From positions 672,001 to 736,000 of the forward strand of contig CBDCFW010000005.1 in the NCBI GenBank assembly GCA_965216465.1: 64,000 nt of DNA, read 5' to 3'. Both the position numbers and the translations under genes were made by a program. Of the stretch, positions 55,873 through 64,000 are shown piece by piece. The notes under the pieces were generated by a model, which saw only the letters and a list, made by a program, of their open reading frames with translations, did no database searches and was not told where the DNA came from. The stretch is from Bacteroidia bacterium (GTDB taxonomy: Bacteria > Bacteroidota > Bacteroidia > NS11-12g > UBA9320). Every line of letters starts with the position of its first letter. Position 1 is the stretch's first letter.

Positions 55873-56565
55873 ATGGCCAACACTAAACAACAACTTCTTC
55901 TCCTTCATGGTGCATTAGGTTCAGAAAAGCAATTTAAAAAACTGACAACGTTACTTGCAGATCAGTTTGAAATAGCGACTTTAAATTTCGAGGGCCATGG
56001 TGGACTTCCAATAGATAGAGATTTTTCAATAAATCACTTTGTTCAAAATCTAATTGACTATTTAGAAGAGATGAATTTTGTTAACGTCTCCATTTTCGGT
56101 TATAGTATGGGAGGATATGTCGCTATAAAAGCTGCACTTCAAACGACTAGGATTAGAAACATTGTGACTTTAGCCACGAAATTTGATAGGAATGCTGAGG
56201 CTACTCAAAAAGAAGTTGCAATGCTAAATCCAGAAAAAATCGAAGAGAAGATACCGCACTATGCCGAATTCCTCAATCAACTACACCAGCCAAACAACTG
56301 GAAAGTGGTGATGCGGCAAACCGCAGGCATGATGACCAAACTAGCCAATGGCGAGAAGTTGGTAGAAGAAGATCTTGAGCAAATCTCCATCCCTATAACA
56401 ATTGGTATTGGAGACCAAGATCGTATGGTTTCAATTGCAGAATCAGAATGGGCCACTGCTTATTTACCTAACTCAACGTTGAAAGTCTTGGAAGGCGTCA
56501 AACATCCACTTGAGCAAGTTGAGCATAAACTACTCAAAGAGCATATTAAAAATGCAATAAAGTAA
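55873..56565 (+). CDS. Alpha/beta hydrolase
   Basis: LLHGALG, GHG, GYSMGG, GDQD, C-terminal His. Confidence 0.9.
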   Translation: MANTKQQLLLLHGALGSEKQFKKLTTLLADQFEIATLNFEGHGGLPIDRDFSINHFVQNLIDYLEEMNFVNVSIFGYSMGGYVAIKAALQTTRIRNIVTLATKFDRNAEATQKEVAMLNPEKIEEKIPHYAEFLNQLHQPNNWKVVMRQTAGMMTKLANGEKLVEEDLEQISIPITIGIGDQDRMVSIAESEWATAYLPNSTLKVLEGVKHPLEQVEHKLLKEHIKNAIK

Positions 56566-56566
56566 A

Positions 56567-56593
56567 AAGGCACCGCTAAAATCACGGTGCCTT
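56567..56593. terminator. Terminator between convergent genes
   Basis: AAGGCACCG...CGGTGCCTT. Confidence 0.7.
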
Positions 56594-56600
56594 ACTAAAG

Positions 56601-57569
56601 CTATATGATGGTTGCAATTATCCAATAATAGAATGGGATTCCTATCATTACATTGACAGGGAATGTTATGCCCAATGCCATGGGTAGATAAAGACTTGGG
56701 TCGGCTTCTGGAATTGCCTCTTTCATAGCTGCTGGTACAGCAATATACGAAGCACCCGCACCTAAAATCGCGAACAAAAGTTGGTTACCTGCAGAATCTG
56801 TAATCTGTGCACTAATTAAAAGTGCGATTAACCCATGCACAAAAGGCATAACCATGGAAAAAACAAAGGGGTACACTCCTTCTTTTATGATTATGGAAAG
56901 CTGTTTTCCACTGGTAATTCCCATGTCAAGTAAAAACACTGCTAAGAATCCCTTAAAAATGTCTGTTGTAAAAGGCTTAATTCCGGCTGCATGTTCAGGT
57001 GTTACTACATACCCAATTAGTAAACTGCCCAATATTAAAATAACACTTCCGTTGGTGACTGAGTGCCATAGCAAGTTTGACATTCCTTTCTTAGATGCGG
57101 CACCAGACCGTTTAAATAAATTTGTTAAAACCACTCCGACCACAATAGCAGGTGCTTCCATTGAAGCCATAACTGCAACCATGTGCCCATTGTATGCCAA
57201 CGATTCTAATTCTAGAAATGAAGTCGCTGTAACAAACGTTACTGCACTAACAGAACCATACGATGCCGCTATTGCACCAGCATTGGCAACGCTCATTTTT
57301 CGTTTTAATAGAAAGAATGATCCTACAGGAATTGCAACAGCTAATAACATCCCAAGTCCAAGACTGAGTGCAATTTCTGAAGTAAATCCAGTATGTGATA
57401 ATTCTTGGCCACCCTTAAAACCAATTGACAGAAGCAGATAAATAGAAATGAACTTTGAGCTATTTTCAGGAATTTTCAGATCACTTTTTATAGAGACCGC
57501 CATTATTCCAAGTAAAAAGAACAACAAAGCCGGATTGGTCAGGCTGGTAACAATGGTCTGTATATCCAT
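56601..57569 (-). CDS. sbtA: Sodium-dependent bicarbonate transporter, SbtA family
   Basis: KSDLKIP, IGFKGG, YGSVSAVTF, MEAPAI, FLLDMG, ASYIAVPAA, LGITFP.N. Confidence 0.92.
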   Translation of the reverse strand: MDIQTIVTSLTNPALLFFLLGIMAVSIKSDLKIPENSSKFISIYLLLSIGFKGGQELSHTGFTSEIALSLGLGMLLAVAIPVGSFFLLKRKMSVANAGAIAASYGSVSAVTFVTATSFLELESLAYNGHMVAVMASMEAPAIVVGVVLTNLFKRSGAASKKGMSNLLWHSVTNGSVILILGSLLIGYVVTPEHAAGIKPFTTDIFKGFLAVFLLDMGITSGKQLSIIIKEGVYPFVFSMVMPFVHGLIALLISAQITDSAGNQLLFAILGAGASYIAVPAAMKEAIPEADPSLYLPMALGITFPVNVMIGIPFYYWIIATII

Positions 57570-57571
57570 TC

Positions 57572-57940
57572 TTACTTAGAGATCTTTACAGAAAGAGTTC
57601 GATTGTAAGTAATATTTTGTCCCAGTTCCTCTGCCTTCAACAAGAAATGGTGAAGTGCTCGCGAAGAAATCATTGAAAGATTAACTTCATTAGCTGATGT
57701 CCACACCATTTTACATTTTTCTTGTTCATTCATCTCCTTTAAGGTATCAAATAGAAGTTGAACTAGATCTTGAGAGTTATCTTCATCTTGAAGTCTTGAC
57801 CCATTTTGAACCGCCGGATGTACTGAATTGGTCTGAATGTTGATTGTTAATTCTCCAGAATCGGCTTGTTCATTTTGATTAGCTGAGACGCCCATCTGGG
57901 TCGAATCGTAAGTAGAAATTTTTTGTGTTGCTAAATTCAT
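57572..57940 (-). CDS. Hypothetical protein, first gene of the sbtA operon
   Basis: 122-aa ORF ending 2 nt before the sbtA ATG; no recognisable motif. Confidence 0.65.
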   Translation of the reverse strand: MNLATQKISTYDSTQMGVSANQNEQADSGELTINIQTNSVHPAVQNGSRLQDEDNSQDLVQLLFDTLKEMNEQEKCKMVWTSANEVNLSMISSRALHHFLLKAEELGQNITYNRTLSVKISK

Positions 57941-58024
57941 ATTGTTGTATTTGAATGCAAAGTTGCTACATTCGTATCATAATATTTTATTTATAGTTTT
58001 TATCTTTATCATTAGTATATATTA

Positions 58025-58942
58025 ATGCATTTTACATTTCACCAACTCAACGTGTTCTTAAAAGTGTCTGAATGTCAAAGCATTACGAAGGCAGCTGAAG
58101 AACTTCACCTTACCCAACCCGCAGTGTCGTTGCAATTAAAAAAACTTCAAGATCAGTTCGATCTACCACTAACTGAAGTTATTGGTCGACAACTATTTAT
58201 TACTGATTTTGGTAAGCAAATTGCATTAAGGTGTGAAAAAATTTTAAACGAAACAGAGGGGATAAAATTTACCGTTGACCAATACAAAGGATTACTTTCA
58301 GGCCATATAAAAATATCGGTCGTTTCAACAGGAAAGTACGTAATACCTTATTTCCTAAAATCGTTTATGGACCAATATCCAGGTGTCGATATTAGCATTG
58401 ATGTTTCAAATAAGGGGCGGGTAATTGAAGGATTAAGCAATAACAAAAGCGATTTCTCCCTTGTTTCTGTGGTTCCTGATAACATTGAAGTTCATAGCTT
58501 AGAACTGATGGAGAATAGACTCTACTTGATTGGAAGCAAGTCTCTTCAACAGCAAATTAAATCTCCGAAAGACCTTGAAAAAGTTACACTTGTTTTTCGT
58601 GAGGAAGGCTCAGCTACAAGAATGGCCATGGAAGAGTATTTAGACAAACACAAAATCAAGCTTAAAAAATCACTCACGTTGGTATCGAATGAAGCTGTTA
58701 AGCAAGCTGTTAATGCCGGATTAGGGTTTTCCATCATGCCTTTAATTGGATTAAAATTATATCTCGACTATGAACAATTGGAAATCTTTCCATTAAGTGA
58801 CCTACCAATTGTAACCCGATGGAATTTGATTTATAATAAGGGAAAGAAATTAACTCCTGCCCAGAAAACATTGCTAGACTTTATTCAACAAAACAAACAA
58901 GTTATAATGAAGGATAATTTTAACTGGGCACTGAGCCACTAG
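58025..58942 (+). CDS. LysR-family regulator (CbbR/CmpR-like)
   Basis: TFHQL..F...SITKAAEELHLTQPAVS, VVSTGKY, REEGSATR, SNEAVKQAV.AGLG. Confidence 0.92.
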   Translation: MHFTFHQLNVFLKVSECQSITKAAEELHLTQPAVSLQLKKLQDQFDLPLTEVIGRQLFITDFGKQIALRCEKILNETEGIKFTVDQYKGLLSGHIKISVVSTGKYVIPYFLKSFMDQYPGVDISIDVSNKGRVIEGLSNNKSDFSLVSVVPDNIEVHSLELMENRLYLIGSKSLQQQIKSPKDLEKVTLVFREEGSATRMAMEEYLDKHKIKLKKSLTLVSNEAVKQAVNAGLGFSIMPLIGLKLYLDYEQLEIFPLSDLPIVTRWNLIYNKGKKLTPAQKTLLDFIQQNKQVIMKDNFNWALSH

Positions 58943-58948
58943 TCTATA

Positions 58949-60331
58949 TTATTGTGTGACTAAGTCTGGCAAAAGAGCAAGCAGATAATAATACTCTAAT
59001 ATATTTATACGGTACTCAACGAGACTCTTGATATACTTCTTTCTCGTTTCTAGCCATCTTAATTCTCGGTTGTTTAATACAAAATTGTTGCTTTCACCTA
59101 ATTGAAATCGCTGTTGCTCAGCACGTAATAGCTCTTCATAATTGATGGCTGCTGATTGCCAAACCTGCTGAGTACTATCCAAAATTTGACGTGCTTGAAT
59201 GTTCGCCTGAATTGCATTGGAAATATCCATTTTGAAATATTCAGACTCTAATCCAACTATCTTCTTTTGAATTTCCCACTGCTTTGACCTCGCTCTTTCA
59301 GAACGAACAAATAATGGATACGAAAACTCAAGTGCCCAATATTGGTTCTGGTCTAAATTGAGTGACCCTAGAATGGGATCGCCAGCATCTTGTTGAATGG
59401 CATACTTAACGTCGAGTTCTGGTTTTAAAAATTCTCTAGCCAACTTTGTTTTAGCTTCATACCCTGATGCACTCAACTCAAAGTAACGAGACATGGGATG
59501 TGTTGCAACAAAGTCTTGCGTAAATGCAGAATCAATTGATGCGAGTGCCTCTAGATTCCCGACCACTGGATCCATTGCCACGTTCGTGTTTAGAGCCATC
59601 GAAGTTCTTAATGAAGCTCGAGCAAATTGTAAGATCTTAGCTTGTTGAAAGTAGAAAGCCTCTCTGTTTTGAAGATTTATAAATGCTTCCAATGTATCAA
59701 TTGCAGCTGCCTCACCAATTAGCTGGTTCGACCTAACAAAATCGAGTCGATCTTCGGTGACCAACCGAGCCTGTAGAGCAAGCTCATTCATCAAAACAGC
59801 TTCGTACCATTTCCAGTATTCTTTTCCTGCTTCAAACAAAAACTTATTCAAATCAAGATACACTTTCAATTCAGTAGCATCGCGTTGAATTCGAGCAAGT
59901 TTTACTTTCGTTCTTTCCTTGTCTGTAATTAATCCTGCTCCTAATGGAACCTCAAACGCAAAAAAACCAAGACCATCTTGAGGTACCGTTTCCGAGGGGT
60001 TGATATAATCTCCAAATGCCTGTCCATATCCTCCACTCACTTTTAGTGCATAGGGGGTTTGCACAGTAACAGAAGATGATGTTCTGCTATAGTATAGTTG
60101 GTCATTAAATCGTTTACTCTCATACAAAGTCTGAAGCTTGGGCTCAAATGCAGCTTTCGTTTCGTTGTACTTCTCTGTTGCAAAGTCACTATTCAACGAA
60201 ATCGATTGAATGTATGGTGAGTTTTGCCATACGGATTTAAAATACGATCGCTCGTCTAGGTGCAATGTATCTTGTGCAAGGCTTGAAACACCCAGACTCA
60301 GCAATAAAATGAGTTTTATAAGTCTATGCAT
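58949..60331 (-). CDS. TolC-family outer membrane protein
   Basis: Signal MHRLIKLILLLS; GEAAAIDTLEA, AEQQRFQLGES; downstream of hlyD. Confidence 0.85.
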   Translation of the reverse strand: MHRLIKLILLLSLGVSSLAQDTLHLDERSYFKSVWQNSPYIQSISLNSDFATEKYNETKAAFEPKLQTLYESKRFNDQLYYSRTSSSVTVQTPYALKVSGGYGQAFGDYINPSETVPQDGLGFFAFEVPLGAGLITDKERTKVKLARIQRDATELKVYLDLNKFLFEAGKEYWKWYEAVLMNELALQARLVTEDRLDFVRSNQLIGEAAAIDTLEAFINLQNREAFYFQQAKILQFARASLRTSMALNTNVAMDPVVGNLEALASIDSAFTQDFVATHPMSRYFELSASGYEAKTKLAREFLKPELDVKYAIQQDAGDPILGSLNLDQNQYWALEFSYPLFVRSERARSKQWEIQKKIVGLESEYFKMDISNAIQANIQARQILDSTQQVWQSAAINYEELLRAEQQRFQLGESNNFVLNNRELRWLETRKKYIKSLVEYRINILEYYYLLALLPDLVTQ

Positions 60332-60332
60332 G

Positions 60333-61651
60333 CTATTTCTTATAATAATCTGGAGGGAAACCATTTAATTGTCTCCACAGTTCATACCAAACGGGAACCT
60401 CATTTAACAACATTATGCCACGAGCACCGGATCCTGCTTTTAGCTGTTCGGGCCAAGGCTCGTCTTTAGGTTCAGCAACCAGAATCCTGTACTTTCCATT
60501 TTCGCTAATGTTATAGTCAATTGCAATTACTTCACCAGGGAATGTTCCATAACTTAAATTAGGCCAGCCAGAAAAAACTACAGATGGCCAACCATCGAAG
60601 AGAAGCATGGCTTCATTTCCTCTACTCACCAAAGGCAAATCAATGGGTTCAACGTACACCTCTACAGCCTTATCCCAATGAACGGGCACTAACGTAACCA
60701 AGGCAGAGTTTTCTTTAATATTTTCACCAATACCGACTTTTAAAGCTTGAGTGATATATCCACGAGCCGGAGAAACCACGAAATACATGTCGTTTCTCAA
60801 CTGGTAGTTGGCCAGTTGATTTTTCATTTTAGCCATATCTGCTAGGCCGTTATACAACTCTGTTCCTGCCGATGAGCGCTTCGAACGTACCTCTGCAATT
60901 TTCTCGGTAAACTCGCTTACAACTTGGTCTTGCCTGATGAGGCTATTGATATAAGCATTTACAGCTTGTCGATACTCGTTTTGGGCTTTTACCACTGCAG
61001 CTTCTGATGCTTGCAGCTTTAATCTACGTGACTCCAAGGCTGTTAACGAAACCAGTCCGTCGGCGTACAACTCCTCTTGACGCTCTAATCGCTGCTGTTG
61101 TGTTTCGTAATCTACCTTCTTAGCCATCCATGCAGCACTATCTGTTGTAACCTTGAGTTTGGCCTGCTTAACATCATTATCAACTGTTTGAATCTTTAAA
61201 ATCTGAAGAGTGTTTAATGAATTAATCTGCTCATCCAGAGCTTTTAACTTGTCTTCGTATGCATTAATGGCCGAAGCCTTTGCATCAACCTGCTCCTTTA
61301 CCCGATCAATCAACAAGGGTCGAAATATTCAGTATTGATTTCAGAAAGAAACAATATGGTATCACCAACCTCAACAATCTCTCCTTCTTGAACATACCAT
61401 TTCTCAATCTTGCCGGCAATTGTATTTTGAATGGTTTGTGGTCGCTGTTCTGGCTTAAGTGCCGTTACCGCTCCTGTAGTTCGAACGAATTGAGTCCAGG
61501 GTGCAAACATGCTGGATACTAACAAAATAAATAGCACCAAAATTATGCGTAGCAATGCTGGTTTTTGAAACGATGATGAGCCAAATTTTAGTGCATTGAA
61601 CTTATTGAGATCGATGCGATCTGTAATTTTATTTTTACTAATATTAAGCAT
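60333..61651 (-). pseudogene. HlyD-family membrane fusion protein split by a 1-nt deletion
   Basis: PWTQ..G.VT.L.PEQRPQ..GKIEKW.V.EG in 61310-61651 continues as LIDRV...FDGWP...YELWRQLNGFPP. Adding one base near GGG 61317-61319 fuses the two ORFs. Confidence 0.8.
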
Positions 61652-63287
61652 GACTTAGTTCTAATGTTTTGTTACACATTTTAGAAATTCTCGATTGGTT
61701 TGATGAAATCACAAGGGTGGTATTCTGACAACATTCTATCAATAACCCAATTAGGTCTTTAGCTATGACCTCATCCAATTCCGCAAACACATCTTCTACA
61801 AAAACTATTCCTGGCTTGCCTACTAGGGCCCTCGCCGTGATTAGTCGTATTCGGTCTGTTTTAGACAACATTCTTTCTGCGTTTGTTATCATTTCATAAT
61901 AACCATTCGGGAATAAGTCTACCACAGGTTTCAATCCAACGCGATCGATAATTTCAATAATTTCTTCGGTAGTCACTTCAGGTTGCTGAAGGCCTATATT
62001 GTCTAATAAGGTGCCGTAAAATATTTCTTGATCGCTAAATATTACCCGGTTAGCTGCACGATACGATTGTACATCAATATTGTTGCTTGGAATACCATTT
62101 ACTTGAATCGAACCCTCATAACTATCAAGCAATGAGCTCAACGTTTTAATGAGGGTACTTTTTCCACTTCCACTCTTTCCTGTTATACATAAATGTTCAC
62201 CTGGCTTAACCTCAAAACTTAAATTTTCAATAATAGGTTTGTCATCAACCACTCCTGAAATTGTAAGATTACTTACTGACAGACTTAGAGGCTCATGATT
62301 TGGAACGGCTACTGCATTTTCATGCTTACTGTCTCGATCGAGCTGCAAGTCGGTTACCTTTCCAATTTTTTCAACTGAAGTCAACAAGTCGTATATCGGT
62401 TCTAAACTCCCAATTAACTTTTCAGAAGAATTTAATACCAAAATAATAACGATTTCAGATGCAACAAATTGACCAATAGTAATGCTGTTGCTGATCAACA
62501 ACAATGCTCCAATAATTAGCAAGCCAGCAGTGACTAACGTTTTTAAGCTAAGAATACTAACCAATTGTGAAACAACAATTCTAAAATGTTTCTTACGATG
62601 CTGAATATACTCAGAAGCAATTTTATCGGTCTGCTTCAAGGCGAGGTCGTTTGACCCTTGCAACTTGAAAGTGGTCATTGAACGAGCAAGTTCCGTTAGC
62701 CAATAAGCCATTTTGTATTTGCTATCGCTCTCTCGAATACTCGTAGCCAATCCCGATTTAAAGGTGAGATAGATGATTAAGACCAGAATGATAATCAGTA
62801 CAAGTCCAAACCCAATAAACACTGGATGATAGAGTGACAATAGCACTAATCCAAACAATATTTGAATAGCGGAGGATGAGAAATCTAAGAGTACCTTATT
62901 TAAATTCTTTTGCAATCCTACTACATCAAAAAAACGATGAACAAACTCAGGAGCATAAGAAGTTCCTAATGCCTTTATCTTGAAGTGTGGTATACGATAA
63001 GCAAACTCAAACGCAGCTCGAACAAATAGCTTTCGTTGCAAAATCTCTACAATGTATATCTGAAACAGTTGAAATAGTCCTGCAACTATAACCCCTATGG
63101 TCACTAACAAGGTCAATATGGTCCATGAGGCAGAAAGCCTTCCAGCTAGAACCAAACTCATGATAGCCTGAATACCAATTGGCAGCGACAGATTAATGAT
63201 TCCTTGCAAAGCACCATAGGTGTACAAATACACCAAGTCCTTCTTGTCTTTGATTAACAGGTTAATAAATCTTCTTACGGTTGTCAT
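61644..63287 (-). CDS. Type I secretion-like ABC transporter (TMD plus NBD)
   Basis: SLPIGIQ, GQFVASEI, Walker A GKSGSGKST; degenerate signature and Walker B (VFVED). Confidence 0.88.
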   Translation of the reverse strand: MTTVRRFINLLIKDKKDLVYLYTYGALQGIINLSLPIGIQAIMSLVLAGRLSASWTILTLLVTIGVIVAGLFQLFQIYIVEILQRKLFVRAAFEFAYRIPHFKIKALGTSYAPEFVHRFFDVVGLQKNLNKVLLDFSSSAIQILFGLVLLSLYHPVFIGFGLVLIIILVLIIYLTFKSGLATSIRESDSKYKMAYWLTELARSMTTFKLQGSNDLALKQTDKIASEYIQHRKKHFRIVVSQLVSILSLKTLVTAGLLIIGALLLISNSITIGQFVASEIVIILVLNSSEKLIGSLEPIYDLLTSVEKIGKVTDLQLDRDSKHENAVAVPNHEPLSLSVSNLTISGVVDDKPIIENLSFEVKPGEHLCITGKSGSGKSTLIKTLSSLLDSYEGSIQVNGIPSNNIDVQSYRAANRVIFSDQEIFYGTLLDNIGLQQPEVTTEEIIEIIDRVGLKPVVDLFPNGYYEMITNAERMLSKTDRIRLITARALVGKPGIVFVEDVFAELDEVIAKDLIGLLIECCQNTTLVISSNQSRISKMCNKTLELSHA

Positions 63288-63949
63288 TTTATTGCCGATC
63301 TTACGGTGTGAATTAGGTAATCATATAATTGTTGCACATCGTTTTCTTCAATGTCAGTTAAGCGAGGTAGGTGCTTGCTAAAAAACAATTGATCGTGAGC
63401 AGATTCAACTATGGTTGATGCTAACGAATGAGCATATTTATACTTCGGATTGATATTTAGAACCAGCTGGGCAAGAGAGTCACATAAGCTTTTGTACTCC
63501 ATAAACACGCCTTCCTTATTATCTTCATCTACCGCTTTCGTTAAATATACTTTGGGACCTTCCGCCGTAATTACTTCAGATAGTTCTTTAAATGGAAATA
63601 CAAAACTCTCATGGTCAGCATAGGGCTCAACAATCATTCGAATGGCCTTCTCTAACCGAGAAGAATGAGAAGCTCTCTCAAAAGAGAGCTGCTTAATTCT
63701 AGAATCTAACCAACGCCAATACAAATTGTGCAGGTAAACCAACAGCATGTGTTTGTTTGTAAAATAGCGGTATACGGAGGCCTCGGTACTTTGAATATTA
63801 TCCGCTAATTTTTTGAATGTAAAAGACTCCAACCCAATTAGGTTGATTAAGCTTATACTCTCAACGATTATCTGTTCCCCTAGCGAACTCGAAAGCGGAT
63901 TTTTGACATATGTAGTTTCCCGTATGGGTAACGATTTAACTAATAGCAT
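63284..63949 (-). CDS. TetR-family regulator
   Basis: GLESFTFKKLA...STEASVYRYF.NKH. Confidence 0.9.
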   Translation of the reverse strand: MLLVKSLPIRETTYVKNPLSSSLGEQIIVESISLINLIGLESFTFKKLADNIQSTEASVYRYFTNKHMLLVYLHNLYWRWLDSRIKQLSFERASHSSRLEKAIRMIVEPYADHESFVFPFKELSEVITAEGPKVYLTKAVDEDNKEGVFMEYKSLCDSLAQLVLNINPKYKYAHSLASTIVESAHDQLFFSKHLPRLTDIEENDVQQLYDYLIHTVRSAIK

Positions 63950-63978
63950 TACTATTGTAACGTAATAGTAATACTATT
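63942..63978. promoter_or_regulatory. Tandem palindromic TetR operators
   Basis: AATAGCATTACTATT (63942-63956, covers the start codon) and perfect AATAGTAATACTATT (63964-63978), 22 bp apart. Confidence 0.75.
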
Positions 63979-64000
63979 GTTTTAATTTTTTTTAATTTTT

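Noticed and set aside
56854-57441. 195-aa antisense ORF inside sbtA
   Set aside because: Shadow frame of a hydrophobic gene; no motif and no independent promoter
669-61522. Many 60-125 aa ORFs overlapping larger genes (e.g. 669, 1222, 4831, 18924, 27165, 45016, 47231, 61280)
   Set aside because: Alternative or antisense frames of well-supported CDSs with no recognisable features
61644-62200. Degenerate ABC signature and Walker B as evidence of pseudogenisation
   Set aside because: The ORF is intact, and as I recall this degeneracy is common in the Bacteroidota TetR-ABC-HlyD-TolC family

Overview
64 kb of AT-rich Bacteroidota chromosome, identified by TAnnTTTG promoters, nine T9SS type-A C-terminal domains (CTDs), a GldJ/K-like protein and a hybrid two-component system (HTCS). 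I found no rRNA, tRNA, CRISPR array, integrase, transposase or reverse transcriptase. It is an accessory region of secreted/surface proteins, local regulators and small metabolic modules. Most notable: (1) a TPR-kinase/LytTR module whose two flanking promoters align without gaps over 71 bp; one drives a stand-alone, signal-less T9SS CTD plus a lipoprotein serine hydrolase behind a telomere-like (TAACCCCC)n leader; (2) a second C-rich (TCATTAACCC)n leader before a REC-AraC regulator; (3) three promoters sharing a TGTTACAAT 21-bp-period box at identical spacing, suggesting a non-PUL HTCS regulon of T9SS cargo; (4) a translationally coupled AGPS-like/GlpD-like/DagK-like operon suggesting ether-lipid metabolism; (5) an SbtA bicarbonate transporter with a CbbR-like LysR regulator and an unknown partner gene; (6) two single-base frameshifts at short G/C runs (GldJ-like gene, hlyD) that may be assembly errors. 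All product calls come from motif recognition by eye, without database searches.
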